DNA of 64,000 nt, from NCBI GenBank assembly GCA_032718475.1, contig JAUCBJ010006897.1, positions 40,910 through 104,909 of the forward strand, read 5' to 3'. The notes under the pieces are model-generated. The model saw only the letters and a program-made list of their open reading frames with translations, did not search any database and had not been told where the DNA came from. Below are positions 24,471-37,619 of this stretch, piece after piece; within the stretch, counting starts at the first letter, position 1; each line of letters opens with the position of its first letter. A program made the position numbers and the translations under genes. Source of the stretch: Nemertoderma westbladi. Taxonomy: Eukaryota > Animalia > Xenacoelomorpha.

Positions 24471-25631
24471 TCCAGCAGGTTCTAAATTCACTTCCAGGAT
24501 CTAAATTAACATCAAGGATCTAAGTTCGTCTTTAGGATCTAAGTTCGCTTCCAGGATCTAAGTTCAGATCTTGGTTCTAAGTTCACTTCCAGGATCTAAG
24601 TTGGCTTCCAGGATCTAAGTTTGTTTCCTGCATCTAAGTTCGCTTCCAGGATCTAAGTTCGCTTCCAGGATCTAAATTCGCTTCCAGGTTCTAAGTTCAC
24701 TTCCAGGATCTAAGTTCGCTTCCAGGATCTGAGTTCGCCTTCAGGATCTACGTTTACATCTAGATTCTAAGTTCACTTCCTGATCTAAGTTCGCTTCCAG
24801 GATCTAAGTTCGCTTCCAGGATCTAAGTTCGCCTCCATGATCTAAGCTCAGATCTTGGTTCGTTCACTTCCAGGATCTAAGTTCACTTCCAGGATCTAAG
24901 TTCGTCTCCAGGTTCTAAGTTCAGATATTGGTTCTAACTTCACTTCCAGGATCTAAGTTCGCTTCCAGGTTCTAAGTTCGCTTCCAAAATCTAAGTTCGC
25001 TTCCAGGATCTAAGTTCGCTTCCAGGTTCTAAGTTCGCTTCCAGGATCTAAGATTGCGTCAAGGATCTAAGTTCAGATACTGGTTCTAAGTTCACTTACA
25101 GGATCTAAGTTCGCTTCCAGGATCTAAGTTCGCTTCCAGGATCTAAGTTCGCTTCCAGGATCTAAGTTCGCTTCCTGGATCTAAGTTCGCTTCCAGGATC
25201 TAAGTTCGCTTCCAGGATCTAAGTTCGCTTCCAGGATCTAAGATCGCTTCCATGATCTAAGTTCGCTTCCATGTTTAAAGTTCACTTCCAGGATCTAAGT
25301 TCGCTTCCAGGATCTGAGTTCGCCTCCAGGATCTAAGTTTACATCTAGGTTCTAAGTTCGTTTCCAGGATCTAAGTTCGCCTCTTGGATCTAAGTTCGCT
25401 TCCAGGATCTAAGTCCGCTTCCAGAATATAAGTTCGCCTCCAGGATCTAAGCTCAGATCTTGGTTCGTTCACTTCCAGGATCTAAGTTCGCTTCCAGGAT
25501 CTAAGTTCGCCTCCAGGATCTAAGTTCAGATCTTGGTTCTAAGTTCACTTCCAGGATCTAAGTTCGCTTCCAGGATCTAAGTTCGCTTCCAGGATCTAAG
25601 TTCGCTTCCAGGATCTAAGATCGCCTCCAGG
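24471..25631. repeat. Second block of the 19-bp satellite, ~61 monomers
   Basis: Same unit, orientation and diagnostic variants as 17364-21717. Confidence 0.97.
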
Positions 25632-28314
25632 CGTAAGGCGTACTTGGGTAAGGGCGGAAGGATTACAACTCCGTTAGAGCTGTTGAACTTAGCGAACGCT
25701 ATTTCGAATACATTGGACATCTTGAAGACGGTGAATCTACCTCATCATGGTGATCACGCCGAAGTTTTGAAAAGCGTAATAAGACGTTTAAACATGCGTT
25801 ACCGACAGAAATGGCGCAAATTAGAGAATAAGTTGGAAGGCCAAGGTAAAGTATTGACACTTCAGCATATTCATGACATGATAGCCACAGACGCAGTAGC
25901 AGAGATGAAATCGAACTTCTCAGAAGAGAATATGAGAGAGTCTAAACCTGTTACCGGTAAGTCTATGGTAAGTTTTGACGATGACAGGACCACTGTGACA
26001 TTTAACTCAGTAGACAGATATAATTCGAGTACCCCAGCCTTTAGATCAGACTCGCGAGTATGGTCAGGTGAGCGGTTAGATAGACCTAGGTTAAAGCAAC
26101 AGGAGTTGCCGGATGGATTTGTAGGTTGCCAATACTGTTTACTAAAGGAGGTAAGATCTGACGACCATAAGTTAGATAGTTGCAGACGGTTCAAAGAATT
26201 AAATTCGGAACAGAGAAGAGTTCAAGTGCGGACGTTGGACACCTGTTGGGCATGTCTTGCGCCAGGTCATGTACGGCGGCAGTGCCCGAACAGCAAGGAC
26301 GGATGCATGGAATGCGGCAGACTACATCACAAGTTGCTACATGCGGATTCCCACACCCCAACGGACCGTTACTTACAGCGAAATCCTCAAAGGAAGGGGA
26401 GCAGAGAACCCGTATCGATAAGAAGGAATACGTATACCGGCATTCAGGACGATGGTTACCAACCAGGTTCGTCGGACGAGGATGGCGAGTCGAGCACAAG
26501 AGAGGTGACCTGCCAAGGTTTCACTGCGGATAGTTCATCGACCAGCGCGCGGACATATTTATCATCGGCCATGTCGGAAATATTTAGCGTGATTCCGGTG
26601 AAACTTACTGGCGATAAGGGATCTAAGCGAATATATGTGATGTTGGACACTGCGTCCACATTATCGTATATCGACGAGGAAGTGGTGAGAGCCACTCTTT
26701 AGTTTCTTTAGTTTCTCGTTTCTAGCTTCCAGGACGCTGAGGAAATCCAAATAGAGTTGAAGTCTATGCACGGGGTAGGGGACCTCAAGGGACACAGAAT
26801 TTCGGTAGAACTAGACGCCCTACTTCCGAGAGACCAACATACTCGACAAGAACGGAAAGCTTTGCCATTGGACGGATTTAAGTGTCTAGCTATGAAGGGG
26901 TTCAGCAGGCAGTTAGGTAAGGTGCCGCCGATGAGTCCCATAGCACAGGAGTATTTTGACAAGCTCAGGATACCGAGACACCAGGTAGGTTATAGGAATG
27001 TTTCTATGTTGATTGGTGCAGAACAGCTGATCGCACACCAAATATGGGAAACGAGACCAGCTGAGCCGCATGTCAATGGACCACATGCCCATAGGACTAT
27101 ATTAGGTTGGTATACACGAGTACCCATATCTTATGAGTTTACAGGTGGCGACAAGCCAATAGACAGATACAACGAATTACAGCCTATAACTCAACCACCG
27201 TTAGTAGAACCACCAGACATAGACGAGTTTAGGAGAACCTGTATTGACCACTATAGTGACTTTAGCGAGTCGGATGAGGAGTTGATTCCCGATAATGTTA
27301 GGTTGTCGGAACCACTTCATAACGACCGGACAGATAGTGAACCCGAGGACTACTGTTATCAGACCCATGGGTCTGGTTCAGCGGCCCACGCTACTTATCT
27401 GAGTAACGTTTTGACTTATACTGACATAGTGGAGGGTCAGGTGGCTAAATATCGAGACCTCGACATTTTCCAATACAGTGAGGAGGAGTTGCAGAAGGAA
27501 TTGATACACCAGGACCTCGAGACAGGAGCCAGAACCGTCAAATGCTGGATAGGGACGCAATGGAACCCGGTGGATATGACCTAGCCATTTCCACTGACGA
27601 GAAACTGTCGCTGGACATGATGGAAGACACCATACGTCTGCTACCGACTGGACATTTTGAAGTTGGAATGTTGTGGCGTCGACAACCTCCTAAGTTGGAG
27701 AACAACTACAACTTAGCCTTGAAAAGATTGAACGGAGTAAGGGCTCCGTTGCTAAAGAATCCGGACATTAGGGAGAAGTATTGCCCCCAGATCAACAACT
27801 ATTTCGCCAAGGGATTTGCTGGGAAGGTAGAGGACCCTGACTTAGTGACAGACCAGACTTATTACCTCCCACACCACTATGTGACTCACCCTGACAAGCC
27901 TGACAAAGTCCGAGTAGTCAATGACTGCGCAGCAGTCTATAGAGGTATGTCCCTGAATTCAGAGTTGATGGATGGTCCCAACCTGAATAACTATTTGATA
28001 GGATATTGTTGCATTTTAGACAGCGGCGATTCGCATTTACTTGTGACATCGAGGCGATGTTCCACCAGGTAAGAGCCTGTAAGGCAGACCAGGATAGCCT
28101 TCGATTTCTCTGGTACGAGAATGAAGACTTATCCGGCCCAGTGGTTACATACCAAATGTACGTTAGGATATTTGGTGCCCGCGATAGTCCGAATGGCACG
28201 CTGTTTGTTCTAAAGAAAACGGCAACAGCCCAGATTGGTAAGTATCCAGTAGAAGTGATCGAGTCCATCTTGAGAAACTTCTATATGGACGACGGATTGG
28301 TGTCCAAGGACACA
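25632..28314 (+). mobile_element. Bel/Pao gag-pro-RT internal fragment, no LTRs
   Basis: Three Cys/His knuckles (CQYC..H..C, CWAC..GH..C, CMEC..HHKLLH), protease MLDTAS, RT YYLPHH..KVRVVND..GPNLNN..CDIEAMFHQV..YMDD. Contains stops and frameshifts. Confidence 0.95.
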
Positions 28315-29400
28315 GCGGCTACAAAGCTGATTACACTAATCCGACATACCTTGAGTAACCCCGGAGGACACGTGTACTGCGTGTTTGTCGACCTTTCGAA
28401 AGCGTTCGACTCGGTTAACTGTAGAAAGCTATGCTTCAAACTGTCCAAGTTGGGCATCAGTCGGGCGTTCATCGCTGCCCTCTGGGCACTAATATCGACC
28501 AACTTCGTGTACATCTGCTGTGTGTTTATGTCATGGACCCCATAACACAGACAATTGGAGTTGTACAAGGAGACAAACTGTCGCCTCTCCTATTTAGCCT
28601 ATTTCTGTACGACCTCCCAGTTGTAATACTCGCAGTTGGATGTCACATGTTCATGTATGCTGATGATGTAGCCATTACTGGAACAACAATCGTAGAAGTA
28701 CAAGCTGGACTCGACAAGCTTTCCGACTATTGCAAAGAATACGATCTGATCATTAACAAGTCCAAAACGAAGGCTATTAAATTCCAGCGTGGTGGTCGGC
28801 TTTGTAAGATGGACGTCCTCATATACCAAGGATCACCTCTCGAGTTCGTAAATTCCTTCGAGTATCTCAGTGTTGTAGTAACTACTACCGCTTGTGCGTC
28901 CGGCCACTATAATCATCTCCGTAACAGTGGGTCGATTGTGGCGCGGGGTTATTCTTCCGTCTACCACATACGGTTGCTCCGTCTACGGCGTTGCCGCGGC
29001 CGACGCACCCAGTTTACCACACATGGAGCTCGTTCGCGCATTCTTCTGGAAACTGTGGTGCAGGGTGAGCAAATATGCATCATCCACCATGATTCTACAA
29101 GCGGTTGACAACCCGCTTGACATAACCAACATAATTTCTCTCAGGAAGCTAACAGGTCTAAGACATCGAGCTGCGGCACAGTACATATCAAATGGCTCGC
29201 ACCATAAACTGTGCAGAACCAAACGCTGCTGAAAACCGACACCTTCGTGCGTCTGCGCCATCTGTGACGCATCGGCGTCCGAAAAATTCCACGCTGCCAC
29301 ATATCCGGAGGTAGCAGAAACGTCTGCATTTAAAACCGCCTTCGCAATGTATGTACTTAAACATTCCGCTTGATTTATTTTATTATCATGGTCAACAACT
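28315..29400 (+). mobile_element. Non-LTR retrotransposon RT and C-terminal Cys/His fragment
   Basis: FVDLSKAFDSV, GVVQGDKLSPLLF, MYADD, INKSKTK and FEYL. Cys-rich end near 29210-29300. Confidence 0.9.
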
Positions 29401-30039
29401 CATATGTACTTCATACTTTTAAGCTTAAGGGGGGGGGGGGGGGGTTTATTGACCCTTCCCCCCATGATATAGATGGGTCTGATAGATGTTCTTGATTTTC
29501 TGTTCTTTATTTTTTCGGTGAGCTTTGAGGACTTTCACTAAAGCTAGTATTGGAATCCGAGTCAAATATATGACACTTTCTTTTATGATTTATTTTTATT
29601 AATAGTTTATTTGGTGAACTTGGAGGGGCATAGGAACAAGAGGGTGGCACATCAGGACCAATCAGTGGTGAATGCACATTTACCACAGATGAAGGATCAG
29701 TGGAGGCACCTGCAGAGTTATCTACAGTATGTCAGTCGTATCAATATCAACCTTATATCTTTTTAAAAAGCTACAGGGCTTTACAACACCGCCACTGATC
29801 CCACCACCCGCAAGTATTTTTCCTACCACCTCCACTATATTTCCAAGGGAAATAGAAATATTACCCTGAGGTATTTCTACTTCTTCCACATCAGTATTAT
29901 TAGTATTCTTGGGGAATTTTCTATCAAGTCTGGCCTTTTGGTACAACCTACCTACTTCTTCCTGTGAAAACTTACTGTACTTAGTAGCTTAACACTTGCT
30001 CTCACCTGGCATCAGGATGTGGTGCTTGAGGTGGCTTAA

Positions 30040-30323
30040 CCCTATTAGTACCGGGCTATAAAATGTACAAATACCGGGGGGGGGGGGGGGGGTCATATTG
30101 ACCCCCCTCTAAAATCTACAAATTTTCACGAAAACGTCTGATTTTTTGTTTGTACGTAGGTATCACTAGTCTGGATCCAACCGAAAAAAAAAATGGGGTG
30201 ATATTGCAGCACCAAAATTACAAGTAGTGCACAATTTTCACAAAATTTGAAAGTTAAATTTTTCGGCTAATTGTTTTTCAATACAGGTTTTCTGGGGCGG
30301 AAAATACATTGGAAAATATTTAA
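30040..30323. mobile_element. Truncated second copy of the left end of the piggyBac MITE at 10348
   Basis: TTAA|CCCTATTAGTACCGGG and ~280 bp aligning to 10348-10652 with small deletions. Confidence 0.9.
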
Positions 30324-30559
30324 GTTGTATCACTTCCGTGTGCAATGTAAAAATAGGTACAATAGTCCTACAACAGTAAGTTATTAGTTTATTAATTATT
30401 TACTATTTATACTGTAATTACGTTTTATAATAAATTGTTCTGTACATTACAGCTTTATCGTTGAGTCGGACATTGTCATGTAAAGTTGTACATGTACATA
30501 GTGTAATTACGTTTTATATTGGTTTTAGGTTAGCGTAGTGTAATATTGTATTTGTAACC

Positions 30560-30708
30560 AAGTAACATAAAGGACCCCCTTGGAAATAAGCTGCAAAGCT
30601 TTAGGGGTAATCCTATATGTTATGTTGGACAATACCTTTATACCGGTACATTGTTTGGTGTATTTGTTATTGTTTTTACATAATGTATAAATAAATCTAT
30701 CTATCTAA
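30560..30708 (+). mobile_element. LINE 3' UTR remnant
   Basis: Stem-loop GGACCCCCTTGGAAATAAGC...GCTTTAGGGGTAATCC, then AATAAA and a (TCTA)n tail. Confidence 0.5.
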
Positions 30709-31112
30709 CTCCGTTGTGGGTGGTATCATTCATATTAAAGTGAGATAATTCACATTCACAGCCTTGTCCCGGCACGACAAGGAGTGAACTACAACTGTAA
30801 ATGCACCAAAATAATATCAAAACTTACAAATACGACACTTATTATATTAGGCCATATATACACGTGGCAATATATATGCCATATACAATAATATGTCGCA
30901 ATTCGTAAGAATACAATACGTTAATTAAAATAAATATAATAATTAGGATTTGGCCTCCCCTACTCCCCTACAGCCAATCCCATGAAATTCCCATTCCCAT
31001 GTTGAAGTTTCTGACTTACTATTATCCAGCAGCCAGTTTGATTTCGGACAGTATGCTTGTTTCCATGGTAACGCATAATAGAACCACAGAAACAGCCCCC
31101 TTTGGATCCACG

Positions 31113-31900
31113 TTATAGCAGGAACTCGTTGGGTAACTGCCCGGCCACGGATTTTATCCGATCTACTTCAGCCAACTGTTCGGCCGTGGGCTTACACCGG
31201 CGCCGGATGGTTTCATCGATCGGGAATAGTAAGTACAGTCCCTTCTTCAAGCGAACTAGAGAACCCCACATAGGATCCTTGGTCGTTAAAGCCACCCGAA
31301 GCGCTCCGCATTCCATTGCCCAATGATAGGACAATAAGTGTCAGTCCTTGGACTTTGTATACAGTTAACGAATACACTGGAGACATGGGTAACTGACGCA
31401 TATTCGTTATGCGGAATTGTAGGTGTTGTCCAAGTTTAATCGATATACCCTTAATGACAATTGGTGACAGTGGGAAATAACCATCAGGGATGTTTGGAAA
31501 TGAAATAGGGCACTTGGTAAACATGGGTTCTAGAATAACAGTCAGGAAGACAGGATGCGCGTTTCACCATCTTGAGATGTCCGGGAGCATACGGTTCATC
31601 GGTAAATGTCGTACCATGGAGAAACTGAACTCCTATGACGACCGCCAAAGTTCCGTTAGCTACACCAAGTTCCACCGCAACGTTAGAACTGACCATAACT
31701 GGCACGTCGAGGAAACTATCTAACAACGGTGGAAGGCCATCACATTGGTCATCACGTATTTATTTCATGATGCATGGAAGTCCGCCAGTCATTACTGCCT
31801 GAATACGAACAATATCCAGTCCCATAGCTCCAATAAGTTTACTGTTGATAGCTACATGGCAGGCATTGGTAGAAGAAACAACAACGGGGGCGAATAATCC
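31113..31900 (-). pseudogene. Second PIF1-family helicase C-terminus, frameshifted
   Basis: NVAVELGVANGT, RQLPMSPVYSLTVYKVQGLTL and YVGFSS. Homologous to 16703..17335 (DDQC.GLP, YAPG...VKRAS). Confidence 0.85.
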
Positions 31901-32496
31901 AATTACCTCGTTCAAATGATCTGGAATTTAACAAATACAAATTTTGATAAAGTGTAACTGATAATATTATGTAAACGATTCGTGCAAAAAATTTCAAAAT
32001 AAGAAGTATTATCGTTCTAGAATATTAATTATAATATATTAATAAATAGCTACCACACTAGAACAATAAGAATATTATTCATAATTCATCGCCGACCTTC
32101 TGTAAACCGCCTACTACCACTCCCTGTTTCTATAGATTTCTATGCGGCAAAAGCCGTTGTTTGTCAACAACGAAACGACTGCAGCGTCCGTGACTGCTTT
32201 GAAGACCTTTGCAACAATAGATTCTATTTACAATAATCTATGTTCGCATGAGTACTACTTGTGTTGTTAGGTGATGGAAATATATTTATTTATAATAAAG
32301 TGTATCATTGGGATTTATGTCTAGTGTAACTGTTTAGGCTTAGGAAAACTCTCATCTTATGTATAATCTGCATTGATAATAAACAATTATTCAAATATAT
32401 TTTCAAAATCTCTCCAATGTAACAATACTCAAATAGAGTGAATGGCTAAGCCTTCTCAGTTATATTAAAATGAGTAAACTCTAGAAGTCAATTATA

Positions 32497-33905
32497 CACA
32501 GTGGGGCTGAACCAACTTTAGGATGAAAAAATTAGCCCGGAGATTTTGTAAGTGCAATTCTCTCGGGAAGTACATCCTATAACTATATTTGAAAGTTTAA
32601 AAAAAAATTGTCGAGGCTTTTAAAATTACAAGTTTTTTTCATTTTGGACACGTCCGAGCCCAGATTTAAAATTTTCAAATCATAAAAAACATGTGTAATT
32701 GACTATATTTATGTTTTATAAAGGTTTTCGATGTCGCTGAGTTCAAAAAAATCGGTTAGAATCCGCCAAAACTATTGTGGATCCAAAATTACATGTAGTT
32801 TTCATTTTTTAATTGTCCGCGCACACACTTTTTAACTTTTTAAATTCTCGTAAATTATCATATAATTTTTTTGGCAATTATGACTGTAAATCTGCTTTTA
32901 AGTAAACACACCACCGTGATATAAACGAAATGTATTAACAAATGCTATAAATTCATTTATTAAATGCTGAAATTAAACTGAAATTAATGCACTAAAATAA
33001 AAAATTCAAACATGCATAGCATTATATTCGCACACAGCTCGCCATAGATGATTGGCGTAGTTCGGATGGCAATCAGAAACCTTATATTTTAACCAAGTTT
33101 TTTCAAAATCTGAATGAACAGACTCAGATGCCTGTTCTGACCACATTCCAAGGCTAGTTTTCTTTAAGTCACAGAATTGAGGAATGTGATGAATGACAGC
33201 ATGGACCTTTGGGGTTACACTTATATTGAGCTTTAAATAGCTTAATTCAAATTCTTGAATGGTGTCCTCATAGTCAGTCGAAATTTGCCAACCATAGCAT
33301 GACTCCACAACCTTCTCAAATGCCTGGAATGCATTGACATAGTCAGCTACAACTGTTGATTGAGTAACTGCTAGCCCTTTCAATACATCTATCTTCCTTA
33401 ATAATTTTCTACATGAGTTCCCATTAAACATTCCTCCATGAATCGCTTCTCGTACAATGCTGCACTTGATTGGCCAATTGATTGCCTTGGGCCATACTTT
33501 AATTAAGTTGTCATATATGGTATTGAATGGTCCAAGTAAAATATGAAGTTCTGGTGGAGGAATTACATTTAAAATGACGGTATCGGGGTCAATATTTAAA
33601 AGAGGAATGTGAACACAGTTACAAAATTTAGACTCTATATTGCGAAAAGTACGCAGTTCTCCGCCATGAATAAGATCATCTTTCCGAATATCGCACCAAG
33701 TGCACGGGTGATTGGAGCCATGCGCCATTATTCCAATGATTATATTGGCCAGCTTGAGGTCCGCAGCAACTGAAATGTTTGCGCAGTTCGCTATTAAGTT
33801 ATTAAGTTTTAACAAATTCCACACTTTGAGGAGATTGTAATAGTTCTCACTGACCAGAGGGGCAATAAAGAGAACCATGAGTTTCTTTACTCCGGTATCC
33901 TTCAA
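32497..33905 (-). mobile_element. Chapaev-type (RAG1/Transib-related) transposase C-terminal half plus terminus
   Basis: ORF 33006..33905 has ADLKLANIIIG, HPCTWC, PPPELHILLG, TPKVH and SEQASESVHSDF. Candidate terminus CACAGTGG at 32497. Confidence 0.75.
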
Positions 33906-34769
33906 ATTGTGGGCAGCAATGCCGTCAGAATATGAACTGCGTTTCCTGTTCCCTTCATCGACTCAAAGAAACAAATGGATGGAGACTGTGTGGGGGGCTC
34001 AGGGAATTTCAGGACTTCTCAGGCTCAGACTCAGGAACTTTTATTCTCCAGATAGGTGAGGAGGGGGGGGGTGGGGGGGGGGGGGGGTGGGAGTGGGTAG
34101 GGAAAAATCTACTCAAATTACAGCTGACCTATTTATTTATGTTTATTGTTTTGGTAAGAATAACGTGCCCACATTAACCTACTCCATCCTTTAATTGATA
34201 ATTTAACATTTAACGGCGATATTAATTCGCCTTAGATGATTAGCAAATATTAAATTAAATTATTATTATTATACAACGCCAGATGTGAGGCAAGACGGGG
34301 AAGTCTCGTGACGTGGTAAGAGGGAATAGGAATAATGGGAATGCGACGTGTACGTATAATATGTATATACAGTATAAGTACTGTATAACGCAACGGAACA
34401 ACAGTATAATAGCAGCAGACCCTAACTAGGTAACATAGTGCGGCTACGGTACGGTGTCGAGGTACCAGCAGCTGTGCAGTCGGCAGGTACCGGACGTGTG
34501 TTGTCGTGCACACCCGCACACACTGTATGTCAGTCCGACCATCAAGCCATGTGAGGCAGACAGACGGCAGGACCTAACCGGATGGCACAAAACTAATATA
34601 AATAATACAAAATAAAAAAATAATGGATTTTTTATCGTATCCGGTCCCTGTTTAATATTATTATTATTTTATTCATACAGTAGTTCTACAATTCGCGCAA
34701 GATTATCCGCTTTCAATAGATATAAGACACGTGTAAAATGAATGAAATTAAATGTGTATGTGTATGGAT

Positions 34770-35344
34770 CTAAAATCACCGATCAAAATTTGAAGTAAGC
34801 CTAGATGCCACGCCCTAATTTTGGTGCACCAAAAATGATGTACCACTAAGAATTTAGTCTTTTATATTACTTTCAATCGATTAAGCGGGCCAGAAAACAG
34901 AATAAAAATGCGTTGAAATCAAAACGTCGGAGTATTTAACGAATATTGCAATTTTGAAAATTTTAAGTGCCACGCCCTAATTTTAGTGCACCATAAATAA
35001 CGTACCACTTCCCTTACATACTTATATAGAGTATTATAGTGCTCCATACGAATCAAAATAAATAAAAAAAAGCCCCAACATAAAGAATTACTAACTCACA
35101 AATGACCTTGTAACATTCGAAAATTTCGAAAAAATTTCTGCTGGGGACCAAATTTTGAGGTGGCACCCACATCGAAAAGTTGAAGTCTAATTGCCTCGCC
35201 GTTTTTTGCAAAAGATGCGCCATTAAATTTGACAAATTCTCGCAAAAAATTGAGCTGGTACATACTGTGGTTGCATAGATACAGCAATTAAAAACGAGGA
35301 AGGGGCCGATTCGCCCCCCCCCCCCCCCCCCAGTGGTAATAGGG
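34770..35344. mobile_element. piggyBac MITE terminus
   Basis: Ends GTGGTAATAGGG|TTAA with a GGGGCCGATTCGCCCC subterminal palindrome. Left boundary uncertain. Confidence 0.65.
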
Positions 35345-35639
35345 TTAACATGTCTTATATTTAATGTAGTTTTAATTAGGTACATTTTTAAGTGCCTTGA
35401 AATATGCCCAGAATAGCGCATAAATATAAATAAATATTATAAATATAAATATATATTATATTTATATTATATATATTATTATTATTATTATTAATGTTAT
35501 CTATAACATTAATATAATTTACTCACGCCAGGGCAGGAGGGCGGCGCGGGGGGGGGGGGGGGGTCGAGGTCAGTGTGTTGCGGATGGTATACGGAGGTAT
35601 TAAATTAATATGTCGTTATATTTAATATCTTACACTATG

Positions 35640-36110
35640 CCGTGGAGAGTCCAACAACTACCCCCATTGTTACGAGCAGCACACCTCATGTAACACCAAC
35701 ACCCACGTTCACTCCACGCTCCAGACCTCCACCACCGGTACTAATGTTTTCTCCGAAGAAAGTTCCCCAAAGAGAAGTAAGACATTTTTACCACATAATA
35801 AGTTTTATTCAAAAATTTTAAAAGCATGAAACTATTGCTGGTTTTAAAATTATGAATAATAATATACATTGTTTGTGCCATAACCTTGAAGTCATTGCCA
35901 CAGCATTGTGTAAATTTCGGTATCAAATACATTTATTTTATTATAATTGTATTTAACAATTTATCGTTATTGCAGGCCAATATACAGTACGGGTTTCATC
36001 AACGGATATCTGTCCCTGTTGTTTGATACAGTACGATTCGATACCAGATTTACGTCTGAAAAATAGGAACTGGTGTGATTGTGACGGCTATGAGAACGGC
36101 CAGAAGTGCA
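35640..36110 (+). pseudogene. Spliced fragment: Ser/Thr-rich linker plus first half of a PHD-like finger
   Basis: GTAAG donor at 35777, TGCAG acceptor at 35975, next donor GTATG at 36111. In frame: SSPKR-SQYTVRVSSTDICPCCLIQYD...NWCDCDGYENGQKC. Confidence 0.4.
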
Positions 36111-36267
36111 GGTATGTATGTTTTCGATCCGAAAGTTATAGGCCCTACTGTTTTTCTATACGATTCGAATTGCGAATTATTGTTACTATTATTACTAGTT
36201 ATTATTATTATTATTGTTACTCATTGAACCCACGATATTTATTATTAGTTAATTCAATAAATGACTG

Positions 36268-36373
36268 CTGCCAACAATTTTGTGAGTCCCTTTACTGATT
36301 TCCTTTCTGGCCCAAACCCTGAGTCACCAGGGAGGCCAGATTGTGAGGGGGGGGGGGGGGGGATTCTGGAGTT
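36268..36373 (+). mobile_element. Isolated internal fragment of the RTE family
   Basis: Aligns with ~22793-22893 (ACAATT..GAGTCCCTTT..AAACCCTG.GTCACCAGGGAGGCCAGATT.TGAGGGG...GGATTCTGGAGTT). Confidence 0.85.
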
Positions 36374-36651
36374 TGAGGTTCTGTCTGATTAACACTAATT
36401 TTGGTATATGGACTACAATTGTAGTTTCTAAATATCAATATCTTCGTAATTAATGCATGTGGTTGCCTAAAATTTTGTGTATTCCTAAGGTTTCTACTTG
36501 CCAACCTATGTATTGGATATTAAAAAATTTCGACCAATCACAGCATAGAAAATTGCAAGTTTCACTTACTTTGAAATATGGACTACATTTGTAGTCAATT
36601 GAACTAAGGTTAATTCTAAGCTTATATCACTATGAGATTCTAATTATAACA

Positions 36652-37316
36652 GCATAATAGCTTTATAACAAACATGATATAGCCTAAGACAAGCAAAATA
36701 GGCAGCAATTGGCTGGTACTGAAGCATCCACCAGTACTGTACTGTATTACAGTATTAGTCAATTAGCCTAGTATTATTATACTTTACATATATACATATA
36801 CAATAGACGCATTGCAGAGTACTGAAGTATACAGTAGAATTGGTTTCACACAGTGTCAGAGTGTAGTTCAATCTGATTATACTCTCAAGTTTCTACCAAT
36901 AATTTATATTTTACAATGAACGAAGACTTACGCACAATAAACATTGATCAGTGGTTGGATGATGGGGAATTTGTAGGGGAAGTTCCGGTACAGTATCTGA
37001 ACGCAAGTGAATCATCTTTACGACAAGAAGAAAATTCAGGTGATGAAATATACTCCAGTATAACTCATTACTCTCATGAATCAGAAACTGATTCCGATAG
37101 TAATTATATTATATTATACCGAATCAGTCAGGAGGCAGGATCAGAGTCATCATAGAGTTCCTCAGGAAATGAAACTATTGCAGCCATTGAGCGCAATACC
37201 TATGTATCAAAATCCGGCATAAAATACGTTGATTCACCCCCTCTAGCCTCTACCTACAGTCCCAATCCCAATAAACATTAACTTGGTTGTTTTGGCGGCC
37301 AAAATGACCAAAATCA
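36652..37316 (+). repeat. Copy 1 of a ~670-bp near-identical duplication (piggyBac-like acidic N-terminus fused to a MITE start)
   Basis: Matches 39014-39697. ORFs 36916 and 39288 differ by one residue. Downstream YVSKSGIKYVDSPP resembles piggyBac N-termini. Confidence 0.9.
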
Positions 37317-37442
37317 CCAAAAAAATGTAGTGTCCGGCGCTGAGCCTTGAAGTACTGGAGTTCGCCCACTGAGGCATTGATAGAGTACACAGTCTTATAA
37401 AAGGAGTTGAATGGGGCTTCGTTAAGGGAGGAGGTATCGTAA

Positions 37443-37612
37443 GGAGGAGACGTCCCGAAATTAATTTATGGACGTCCCAAAATTGATTTATGGACGTCCC
37501 GAAATTAACTATATGGACGTCCCGAAATTAATTTATGGACGTCCCGAAATTAACTATATGGACGTCCCGAAATTAATTTATGGACGTCCCGAATTATTTA
37601 TGAGCCTCCTCC
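37443..37612. repeat. Seven 22-bp units GGACGTCCCGAAATTAATTTAT bounded by GGAGGAG/CTCCTCC
   Basis: Read directly. The same unit occurs at 1518-1625. Confidence 0.85.
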
Positions 37613-37619
37613 AGTTAAA

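Noticed and set aside
17364-25631. 19-mer as a telomeric repeat added at healed breaks
   Set aside because: It has no G-rich strand, is interstitial, and shows higher-order variants typical of satellite recombination. The window gives no support.
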